From: Hydrolagus colliei | Lineage: Eukaryota | Assembly (NCBI GenBank): GCA_035084275.1 | Contig: CM068748.1 | Coordinates: 11,966,001 to 12,030,000 of the forward strand | Direction: 5' to 3' | Length of the DNA: 64,000 nt | Part shown: one piece after another, positions 51,711 through 61,856 of the stretch | How positions within the stretch are numbered: the first letter of the stretch is position 1 | Layout: each line of letters starts with the position of its first letter | Notes under the pieces: generated by a model | The model's database searches: none | What the model saw: the letters and a program-made list of their open reading frames with translations, nothing else | Told to the model about the DNA's origin: nothing | Translations under genes and position numbers: made by a program

Positions 51711-51910
51711 NNNNNNNNNNNNNNNNNNNNNNNNNNNNNNNNNNNNNNNNNNNNNNNNNNNNNNNNNNNNNNNNNNNNNNNNNNNNNNNNNNNNNNNNNN
51801 NNNNNNNNNNNNNNNNNNNNNNNNNNNNNNNNNNNNNNNNNNNNNNNNNNNNNNNNNNNNNNNNNNNNNNNNNNNNNNNNNNNNNNNNNNNNNNNNNNNN
51901 NNNNNNNNNN
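51711..51910. other. Assembly gap (200 N)
   Basis: Run of n immediately upstream of the DDIT4 core promoter; true size unknown. Confidence 1.
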
Positions 51911-51943
51911 TTCTCTGTCTGTCTCTGTCTGGGTGAAAGAAAT

Positions 51944-51955
51944 CACGTCTATAAA
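51944..51955 (+). promoter_or_regulatory. DDIT4: DDIT4 core promoter: TATA box with adjacent HRE-like core
   Basis: CACGT (ACGTG on minus) at 51944-51948 and TATAAA at 51950-51955. A putative short non-coding exon 1 follows (donor gtacgt at 52028; 88-nt intron to ag at 52115). Confidence 0.65.
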
Positions 51956-52116
51956 GTCTCTTTCTTCCCACCCAGTCACCGGCCGAGAGTGTTAAGTTTC
52001 TTCACTCCCTACAGCGGCTTAAACACTGTACGTCCCCGTCCCCCCACCCTCCCCACCCCACTCCCTCCTTCACTCCTCTCAACTTCATCGTCGCCCTCAC
52101 CTCCTCCCGGTGAAGG

Positions 52117-52290
52117 ATGTGTAACGGACGCGCTGTCGCCCCACCGCCTCCCCTGCCCTCCTCCTGGGGAAAGCTGTTGCAGAGAATCGCCGACCTGACC
52201 GGGACCTCACTGCCTCACCGGCGCCGGATCAACAGACACCGGGATCCGTGTGCGACAGCGGGGCTGGACATGCCAGTGACACCGACAGCG
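52117..52290 (+). CDS. DDIT4: DDIT4 first coding exon
   Basis: ATG at 52117. SWGKLLQRIADL resembles the N-terminal motif of fish Ddit4 as recalled; consensus donor gtaagt at 52291. Possible internal indel (see findings). Confidence 0.75.
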
Positions 52291-52925
52291 GTAAGTCAAG
52301 TCACACTCAACTCATAGTCAGTCTCCACTAACCCCTCTCCCTACACTTTATATACTGTACTGTACTGTACTCCCTCACAGCAACTAACCACCACGACTTG
52401 ACATTGCAGACAGCGGGGTAACCCTGTCAATCTTAATCCTTGCTTTTTATATTGTAATCAATGATATATAATATATAATAATCATTGCGTTTGATATATA
52501 TATATATATATGTGTGTGTGTACAGTACACCGTTTGGTTTTCTAGTCGTTTCAGAGCTCTCCACACAATGCACTGTGATGTAAAGTGAATTGGCTGGATA
52601 TTTGTGGGGTAGGGTCTCATCCCAGGCTGCGAGGATATTCTCACTTTTGACATTTTTTTAAAAAAAAACGGGTAGTGGGTTTGTGGTGGACTTTGCCAAA
52701 AATTTAACAATAATAATAATGGTGATGGTGATGATGATAAAAAATAATCCTTGCGTTTGATAGAGCGCTTTTCACGTCTTCCAGACGTCCAACCAAGGTA
52801 GTGAAATGTCTTGATTTTCTTGCTTTGAAACTTGTTGTTTGAGCACAAGAAACTCTTCAAGGGACGTGTTGAATGACATACATTTTTTTTTTCTCTCTGT
52901 GTGTGTGTGTGTGTGTGCTTGGCAG

Positions 52926-53412
52926 GTTATGAGAGCCTGGATTTCCCTCAGTGAGCAAGGCTCCATTGTAGACGACCCCTTCGAGGATCTCCTGTGCGCT
53001 GATGTGATGCAGCTGATCGAGCAGAGCCTGATGGAGGCCAAACGCGGCTCCCTTCGCTGCTTGAAGCTGCTCATCCCCGACCAGCTCACCGCTCACGTCG
53101 CCGAGGATCTGCTGCGCTTGGCGTCCAGCGAGCCCTGCGGCCTCAGGGGAGCTGTCATCGATCTGAACGTGGAGGACGACAAGCTGTTCAAGAACGTGGA
53201 CCGGTTCGCGGTGGACCACACCCTGTCGCCCACTTTCGAGCTCACCCTGGTGCTGAGGTTGGAAGCTGGGCTCTGGCCCAAGATCCAAGATCTCTTCACT
53301 TCGGGCCCTTCTTTCACACCGGGTTTAGCAAGCACTTCGACTGAGCCCGGGGTTCAGAATCATTAAGAGAAAATTGTACAGCCCCACAGAGCTGGTCATC
53401 GAGCAATGCTGA
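52926..53412 (+). CDS. DDIT4: DDIT4 last exon (RTP801_C domain), frameshifted near 53325 as assembled
   Basis: ttggcag| then LLRLASSEPCGLRGA...PTFELTLVLRLEAGLWPKIQDLF. The conserved tail LRLSPGFRIIKRKLYSPTELVIEQC* (TGA 53410-53412) is in another frame. LWPKIQ and linkage to SPOCK2 favour DDIT4 over DDIT4L. Confidence 0.9.
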
Positions 53413-54092
53413 GACCTGAGAAGCAGCCGACACTCCATGAATATGTTGATCATAAAGACAAACAGTGATGATAAGCTAGAACAAACTTTATAAACACCCA
53501 AACACTTGGGCTAACAGACCGATCCAGTCGTGGGATCCACATTTTGCACATTTCCAGTCCCATTTTTTAAAAACTCCGATGAAGTGGGACTCTTACGACA
53601 AGAATTGACTTTTAGAGAGCAATAATTAGTTGCAGACAGTTCCTTTGTACAGAGATCTTTAACATCTGAGCCGCATGAAGCTTTCGGCCCTCTCTTGGGG
53701 GATAATTCAGATTCATGTAGAATAGATATTCCTAGATGGGACCTTATAGGTCTGCAGGGCAGACTACTTTTAAGGGGAAATTGTTTTGAACCTTTAAAGT
53801 CTGCATGAACATTTTTATACACATACATGCCTACTTTTAAGTTCTACTCTGGTTTTTACTTAATAAAAAAAAACACAAATGTTTCTCTTTGTAACTTGCC
53901 TTTGTTATTTCTTCAATAGTTCTAAAAAAAAATTCACTTTCAGAAATGCCTTTAAATTTTGTGTGACCTGGAGAAAACTTTGCTGGTGATAAATTATTTC
54001 TAAAGGCTGCGGAGGGTCATCTATGCTTGCACTGCACAGTAGTTCTGTCCTTTTCAAAATTTTTATTATAGAACCTTTGCTACCTTTCATTC

Positions 54093-54098
54093 AATAAA
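54093..54098 (+). terminator. Candidate DDIT4 polyadenylation signal
   Basis: AATAAA followed by a GT/T-rich tract; alternative AATAAA at 53862. Confidence 0.45.
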
Positions 54099-55885
54099 AT
54101 GAGTGGGTGGACATGTCTCTGTGTTTCAAGATTTCCTTCATGGTTTTGTGAGAAATCCTGAATATCAATCCGAGTAACTGAACTAGAAAGTACACAACTC
54201 TCTTGGTACATCTCCTGCTCCCTCCTGCATTAAACCATTCAACTTGGTTCTATGCTGTGAGGGAGTTGATAATAATTAGTTTTATCTTGTTGAGCTGTCT
54301 CAAAGCGCTATACAGAATATACTTTTAAAGTGTGTTTTGTGGGAGATATTGATTTATTGAGTTGAGTGGGATTAGGGGAAGTCAGCCCCCGAGGAGAGAA
54401 AAAATAAAACACTATGCATTCTGTTCCCTGTGAGCAGAAGAGTGGGATAGCAGATTAGGGAGATGCTAGGGTGTGAAGGGATATATATTTCTGGTGCAAG
54501 GGTTGGCAGAAACGGAGAACTACAGATCCCAGCCTGATTCCCAAATCCACATTCACCAACATCAAGTTGCTCTCAGTTACTAACAGGCTTATGAACAGGA
54601 AAAATGCTTGACCTTATCTACCGAATAGTATCTGGAGAATCTAAAACCAGACACAATGTAGTTAAGATATTAAAATAAACCAGGTGGTAACAGATGTTGG
54701 AATTACTGTACCAATGTATAACCTGTGGGCAAGAATCCCCTCAGAATTCAAAGCAACTAAGTCAAGAGTTCTATATTCTCTCTTATGTAGGATACATGAA
54801 TATTACATTTACACATTACATATTTTATCTGCAAGTTACCATGTAATTTTACAAAATGCATTTCAGTTGTAATAAAACTGATTTGGGTTCAAATATACTT
54901 TCAAACTCAGTTTTCCCAAACAATTCTGCTCATAATTCAGTTTATTAAAAAGGCATTTTTTTTCCCTTATTGATTTTATTATGTTGCTATCACAGTGACC
55001 CTTCTCACTGTGGGATAGTGTAGACAATTTACAGGCACTGACCATTCTATTTTGGTGCCTCAACCAATACTTTACACCGTTCTACATCCGGTTAATCTGA
55101 TGGGGACTTTTTTTTGACATACCAGTTATATGGACGTTCTGGTTGATCGAGTCACGGATAAGCAGGATTTTACTGTACTTATAAATCAGGCAAAAAAAAC
55201 ACTCATAAATATTCTGATATTCATGGACTTTTAAAAAAATTATCTTTTAATCAACATTTTGCTAAGGCCAAGTTAGTTATTCTTGTACAGAGAAAGACTT
55301 AACGAATGTCACCTCAGCAAGTACTTTTGTTGAAGATTAACAGAGAATCGGAAACTCAAGATGTCTCCTTCCATTCCCAATGTGGTCTGAAAAGATTGAA
55401 GAGGAATGCCTGGAACTGCACTTACAACTTGATCATGAAACATACTCGTTCTAAATAAGCACAGATCAGTGCAAGTGGCAAAGATTCAATATAAATGTAA
55501 CAGATTTAAAAGACGTAAAATAACAAGCACTTTGAAACAGCCAATGTATTCAGCAAAGGTCACTTTTACAACCTATCACCTAGCACCTGTCACTCCTACT
55601 CCTATTTCCACCAGAAAGATTAAGAGAGCATCTGGAGAGATCTGCAGGGCAAGTAGGTCAGGTAAAGCATAACTATCTGAAATCCAATACTGTACTCTAG
55701 AACTTAACTCTTAAAGTGCTGCTGTTAACTCTACTGTGTTCTACTTCTTGATCAGGGGATACCAAATAATAATGGTTATATTCACAATTTTTAAAAAATA
55801 GATTGGATTTTTGACTTTAATTCCTGAAAAAAAAATGTTTGGTCACTGACATAGGAAGTGTAGCAACTTTTCGATCACCGTTCAC

Positions 55886-56103
55886 TTACAATTTACTCTT
55901 CTGTAAACTTGAAAGTCTCCCTTGGAGTCTCCATAGTGCATGCAATCTATCACTTGATGTGTTCAGTGTCTCAAAGACACTGATGTCCCTGCTTTGGGTG
56001 TATACAGAGAGTAGAGGCTGCAGGACTGTGATGGGAATGCTGAAGTTCAGATGGGGGTAACAGGCTCCCACAGTGTTATTTCGGGCATTGCTGGATACAA
56101 TTC
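55886..56103 (-). CDS. TYSND1: TYSND1 exon 4 ending in the peroxisomal targeting signal SKL
   Basis: aaacag|GAATTGTATCC...YPHLNFSIPITVLQP...QKSKL TAA, 218 nt. The four exons total 1761 nt and are in frame. Confidence 0.96.
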
Positions 56104-56929
56104 CTGTTTGGAAAAATACAGCAAATTTAACAATTAGTTACTTTCAGATCAGAAAAAAAATGTCAGGAACATTGAAAATCTGCCAAACCTCATTTTAACA
56201 AGACTGTTTCTGTTAGGAGCTAACCCGTGAATGACTTTCCTTCTGGTTTTCATTGGGAGACCTATTTTTAGCAATTTGACACTCAATTTGAAGTCAGCCA
56301 AATGGTGGGGAATCAGGTGTTGAGTCTCACCAGCCTGTGGTACAACAGCAGGTTGAGCTTTTTAACAGACAGAAAATGCATCATCAAAACTGTTTGATGT
56401 GCCTCCTCCTCCTCCTCCCATGAGGCCAGTGATTTGTTTGGGGATGTAGATCCACTGATGACAGCAACACTCCTCGTGACTGCTCTTTACATATGAGTCT
56501 AGATGTACACCCTCGTAAAGGGTAAATGTGCAGGTTGTTGTAGACAGCGACTGTCAGCGAAAGGTACATGATCTCAACAACACTTGATTTAAACGGAGCC
56601 TGAAACAGTGACCAGAAACAATAGTAGAGGCCAGGATGTGGGGCACATTTAAGAATCTGCTTGATATTCCAATGGGAAGATGTTAAGTTCGTTATTATGG
56701 AAAGGATAGAAGGGGTCATTCAGCTCTTTGCCTCTCTACCTATTGCGATCACCCCAAATATTAAATACTGGTTCTGTGTTTTGGTAAGTTCTCATCAGTT
56801 TGGTATGATTTTTACACTGTGGTTGGTTTCTACACTGTGTAACCACAGCTTTATACCTCGATGTGGCCAATAAGCTAGATACCACTCAACCCAGTACCTC
56901 AAACCAGCCAAAATGCTGCAACAACCCAC

Positions 56930-57115
56930 CCAGCAATTCGCCGCTGTTTTTTCTGAAGATAGGTCCACCACTGGCTCCAGCGTGGACGGCACATGTTGTC
57001 TGAAGCATCACAGGCTGACTGTCGTAAGTAACTACAGCAGACACAATACCACTTGTCACTGATGCACTGCAACGCTGGCCAAAGACTCCATAACCCACAA
57101 TGTAGACATCCTCTC
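56930..57115 (-). CDS. TYSND1: TYSND1 exon 3 with catalytic Ser
   Basis: caacag| ... CTGG|gtgggt, 186 nt. VGYGVFG...PVMLQTTCAVHAGASGGPIF. Confidence 0.95.
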
Positions 57116-58813
57116 CTGTTGACAGAGATACAATACGTTACTTTGTGGTGTTTTGTGATTCATATGGATGATTGTGTCCCTTTTTTGTTTACAAAATAAC
57201 GCTGTGATTATCAGCCCCAAGCTGATTCTTAGCTACTCATACTAGTTAAAATGCTCTTTGACAGGAGGGAAACTGTGCATTTATTATTTCTAAAATCCAT
57301 TCCCAGTGAGCACATGTTCACATAGAACTGATCACAAAATCAACCATCTTATCCAGGGGTACTCCTCTGAAGCTGGAGTTAAAATTTATTGTTGAACAGA
57401 TTAGAGGGAACTTTACTCAGTATCTGACTTGTCTCAAAATGTTTAACACTGCAAAATGTGCCAAAAATCCCATTCCCCCAGTAATGATTTTTGAAGTTTC
57501 TATTGCAACTAAAATCTAAATTATAATTTGGAGTGTATGACAGTGTATTCCTTCAAACAATTTCCCTCTAGTGTTCAGATTTTAAAGTTTATTTCAGTCC
57601 TGTAAATAAATGCATGCATTAACAGAAAATAAACATTGTTTGTAGACAGGATTCCCAAATACCAATAGGGAGATGAAGTTTTATCTAATACGGGTGCCTT
57701 GGTTCTCTCATTAGTTACCAACAATCTACATCGATTAAGATAGTAACCTCACCCCAACCCTTCTAAAAGGGCCCTAACATTGCCCTTGTATCTTCTTCAT
57801 TAGTGTGCAGGATCATGCTTTTCACTTGAGCGGAAATAGTTTCTTAACCTGGAATCAAGTGCGTAAACACAGTTATGAATGGGATCATGAACTAAAGTTA
57901 AATTTTAAACTAAACTAGAAAGACAACTGTACCTCAGTTATTCTCCGCTTTTCTCTGCAGTTTTTATTAATGGTTTGAGTCCATGTGGAATGGCCACTGG
58001 ACGTTAGTGTTGCTGGATTTTAAAAAGCAAAACCCTCCCTATTCTACTTCCCCTCTCGTCGGCACACTTACAGGATTAGGAGTGAGCAAGGGCCTTGTAT
58101 CACTTTATATTTGGCCACAAGAACACTTGTACAAATTATTTTAACACAACCTGGCCAATAAATATATTGTTCACTTGCACTAAGGTACAAGACTTGATGT
58201 GAGTAAGGCCATACAGTATGAACAAAGGTACCTGATAACCAAACAGTACATATATTTGTTGGTGTCCATTCTACAGGAGGATCAGATTTCCATGTTTATT
58301 TTTTTCACAAGGGGGCCAGCCACACAAGTGGAGTATCAAATAACGGTACAAATGAGTTATCAGACTCATAACTGGAAAACAAAAATAGCCATCATGGATT
58401 TACTTGTATTTGATCGCCCCTCCCCCCCCCCCCCCCTTTACTGGAAACCAGTGTAGGTTCATCAACTTCTCATTACAGGCCAGCAGAGATCAGGAACAAA
58501 GCATGTGGGAAGTTGAGATGGAGAAGCAGCACTCGCTGTAGTTAGCATTGACTCAGCAGCACAGTGGAGATCTATGGATTATAATAGATTTGAGGATGTC
58601 TGACATCTGAGGTGTAAATATCATTTCTCTATTATCTAGTGAACAACCCAAGTGCAGACTTGCTTAGTGATTTATTGTCACAGTAGATACTTTATGGCAC
58701 TGACTTATGATGTATAACACACTTCATCTACACAATTTGGAAAGTTTGGTTCCGATTTATTTATCTTTTCAATTTTGGACATAAAAAATTTTTTCTTTCC
58801 ATTTTTTCCTTAC

Positions 58814-58944
58814 CAGTGTTAAATCCAGAGGCAGCTGTGATTGCTTCAACAGCCGACAGACCTTCTTCGAGCTCCACCACCGCCACATCATAAGCCGAAT
58901 TATCTTTCGTCGCGAATAAGACTCTTCCCTTCAACACAAGATAT
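58814..58944 (-). CDS. TYSND1: TYSND1 exon 2, YLVLKGRVLFATKDNSAYDVAVVELEEGLSAVEAITAASGFNT(G)
   Basis: cccacag| ... G|gtaagg, 131 nt, phase 2-1. Catalytic Asp in YDVAVV. Absent from the ORF track. Confidence 0.94.
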
Positions 58945-59189
58945 CTGTGGGTGCAGTAAACAGGGAAACTTTCTTTTTTTTAGCAAAAATCAGTGAAGCC
59001 CAGCGATTAATGAATTGTGTTGAATTTACCCATTAAGTAGCCAAAAAACCATTGAGAGTCAAACAGGTCACAGGTTTGATTCTCGCTCTATGCAGAAAGC
59101 CAAACCCACCAGGGATGACTTTCCACCTACTTGTACCGTGTGAGCCGGTGCTAGCTTTGTGCAGTTGGTAGCATTCTCGAAGGTTATGG

Positions 59190-59535
59190 GTTATGATTTT
59201 ACGTTGGGACTTTCAGTTCACAATCTCTCCCTCACACTCCCTCGCGGTGCTATGGGAGCGCTGGATTGTCAAGAGAGAGGCGCTTGTCCTTCAGATCAGA
59301 TGTTAAAACGCTGGTCCGTTTTACACGGATGCTATTTGAAAAGAAAGGAGAGAAGGCCGGTTCTTTCTGCGTTCTGTGAAACATCAAGTCTCTTGCATAA
59401 AATGCATTCCTTTGATTTGTGGCTGTTGGCAAGACAATTCGAAATACACAGTTACTGAGCGAACACAACTCCTCTGCGAAGCGCTTTGGGTCATTTGGAC
59501 AAGGTGATGAGGTGTGATCATTAAGGATGCACATT
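59190..59535 (+). mobile_element. Decayed Deu-domain SINE in TYSND1 intron 1
   Basis: ccttcagatcagatgttaaaacg...ctatttgaaaagaaagg...ctgcgaagcgctttggg. Confidence 0.55.
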
Positions 59536-59664
59536 TACTGTTTCAAATCGTTCACAAGAAGATTTGAAACCCGTAAACGTGGGCGTCGAAATCAATGGCC
59601 ACAGGCTATGCCCTCGTAACCAAAGTCCAACCGCGGACACAGAGTAGATGTTTCATCGCTGTAC

Positions 59665-60890
59665 CTGTTGGAGTCAGGGTATATTTTCACTCTCACAGCT
59701 GATTCCCCATTTAACACATGTCTGCAGGTGAGGATCAGTTTGGGGCTGATCAACACCCCTGACCCCCAAACTCTTCCGCTCTCCAGCAGGGCCACTGTGC
59801 TCAGCAACTGAGTTAACCCGTGCCTCCCCGGAGGTACGGCCAGACGCTCGGGCAGAGTCAGGAACGACAAGGTCCTCTCGCCTCCGCAGTCCAATTCCTT
59901 CAAGAACCTCGCGATGTTCTTGACGAGGGAGTGCACCGAGCAGACCAAAGTCAAGCCGATCCACTCGTCGGCTTTCCAGCAGAGGGGGGCCACGATCAGG
60001 CCGGCCAGGTAATACAGACCTCGCCACTTGACGTAGACCCCGCCGCCTTCGGTGCCGGGCAGGCAGCGGGCGTCGGTCAATATCATGGCGTCGTCCTCCC
60101 CCGCGAGATTGCTGACGATCCCTTTGCTGAAAGTGTTCATGAAAACGGGGCAAGAGAGAGAGGCGAACGGCGAGGCGCAAGCCAACAGGGGCTGGCCTTT
60201 CCGCAAGGACGTGCTCTTAACGCACCGCGGAACGTCTCCTCCTCCATCTCCTCCTCCTCCTCCATCGTCCCAACCCGGGCACCGCAACACACCGAACCAA
60301 ACCAAATCGCGGCTGTGGTCTTCAGGTTGCCTCTCCTCCTCCTGGCTGTAGAAATGCCACTGGTCTGACCTGCTGAACAGAGTTTGGAAGATCCGCCTGA
60401 ATTCCGGGCAGCTGCACAGCAGCAGGATCCGGGCCCGGCTGTGGGGGGGGGGGGGGTCTGTCAAGGACACACGAGGCTTGGACACCGAGCCGAGGATCTC
60501 ACCGCGGTCCCGGTCGCCGCCGCTCACCGGGAGAGCCCGTTGGGGTCGGGGATCGTTCCCGGAGAACCGGACCCGAATCTGCAGATCCCGGTGGAAAGCC
60601 CCGGCGAGCAGGAGCCTCCGGCCGCTCAGATCCCGGTCCGGCTGCCGGAGGAAAGGCAGGAAGATCAGTCCGTGACACAGGACGATCCCGCGCCCGCGGT
60701 CCGCGATCAGCCCGCTGCAGCTCCACACTCCCTCCCGGTCACAGCCGCCCGGAGCCCGGCCGGGAGAGGAGGAGGAGGAGGAGGAGGAGGGGGGGGGGGG
60801 ACACACGGGGCTGGCGGGATCCTCAGTCACATCTCCCGCTCGCTGCACACAGGCGGACACCACACAGCCCCAGTCACCGGGAGAAATCAT
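59665..60890 (-). CDS. TYSND1: TYSND1 exon 1 (peroxisomal leader peptide-processing protease), 1226 nt, CpG island
   Basis: ATG at 60890 (MISPGDWGCVVSA, cf. human GCMVSA). Contains WSCSG, GIVLCHG, LTDARCLPGTEGGGV, APLCWKADEWIG, VWGSGV and catalytic His in LTCRHV; donor AG|gtacag. Confidence 0.93.
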
Positions 60891-61002
60891 CGGGAAAAGA
60901 GCTGGAAACAGCGAGAGAAACACATCATTATTGTTATCATTATTATTGTTGTTGTTGTGTGTGTGTGGACACAGCGAGTGCAATGGTCTGTGTTTCTCTA
61001 AC

Positions 61003-61010
61003 CCGGAAGT
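61003..61010. promoter_or_regulatory. ETS/GABP-type site in the TYSND1 promoter
   Basis: CCGGAAGT about 115 bp upstream of the ATG at the CpG-island edge, typical of housekeeping promoters. Confidence 0.5.
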
Positions 61011-61078
61011 AATGAATTGTTTCATCACTTAACCAGATCATAAAATCAGTTCAGCAGTCGCTTTGAATCAATTGGAAT

Positions 61079-61098
61079 ATATTGTATGTAGACAGTGC

Positions 61099-61130
<32 letters not shown>

Positions 61131-61166
61131 GTGTGTGTGTATGTGTGTGTGAGAGAGAGAGAGAGA
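61079..61166. repeat. Compound (TA)n(TG)n(GA)n microsatellite upstream of TYSND1
   Basis: Seen directly. Confidence 0.9.
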
Positions 61167-61556
61167 ATCACAGGTAATGTGCACGACAAATACAGTGGCT
61201 TCAATGTGAGTGTGTACCTGCCCACCCACCTATCTGTTCACTGGGAGGCTTTGAATCCACCAGGGCTTAGGGGCTGAATGTGCAGCTGCTCAGAGCTCGG
61301 GTCAATTAGTTTGTCAAACCCTGTATATCCACAGACGTTGGTGGGTCAAAACAGCTGGGATATGGTTTCGTCAGATAAGAGCATAACAGCCCTTATTACT
61401 ATTACATTGTGATTATTATCAGCGTCAAACAGGGGTTTTGTTAAAAACAGGCTGAGAATCCACAATTTACTGATTTACTTAGTGAGCTTCATACAGACTA
61501 CAATGCCTCAGTTATAAAGTACAGGATGTTAAAATTGGAAACTCCCACCCAGGGCC

Positions 61557-61856
61557 TAATAATAATAACAATAATAATAATCCTTGCGTTTGATATAACG
61601 CTTTTCACGTCTTCTAGACGTCTCAAACCGTTTCACAGAATATACTGTGAGTTGACTGTATATTTTTTGTGTGGGTGAAACACGGCAGCCAATTGCACAC
61701 AGCAAGTCATGGATTGTAAAACCCAATTTTTTCTGAGGGATTTTTATTAGGCGTGTAGTGTAAGCAAACTTGCCCAAGGTTTCGCACCTGCCTGGATTTG
61801 AGCACAGGTCTCAGATGTGTAAGGCGAGTGCTCTAACCACTGAGCTACAGGACTCC
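61557..61856 (-). mobile_element. Full-length tRNA-derived SINE
   Basis: Reverse complement reads ggagtcctgtagctcagtggttagagcactcgcc...ccttgggcaagtttg...gacgtgaaaagcgttatatcaaacgcaaggattattatt. Confidence 0.92.

Noticed and set aside
51633-52198. ORFs spanning the N run
   Set aside because: Artefacts of translating through the assembly gap.
59674-61001. Long overlapping ORFs (168-205 aa) around TYSND1 exon 1
   Set aside because: Shadow frames of a GC-rich coding exon with few stop codons and no recognisable domains.
60891-61028. 46-aa N-terminal extension of TYSND1 in the ORF track
   Set aside because: Poly-Asn from an (AAT/AAC) microsatellite that overlaps the ETS site; homology starts at the Met at 60890. 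An acceptor-like tttccag just upstream of that ATG leaves a 5'UTR intron possible.
4424-61856. tRNA genes at SINE heads (4424, 16474, 45184, 61856)
   Set aside because: No complete acceptor stem, anticodon loops differ between copies and each head continues into a SINE body.
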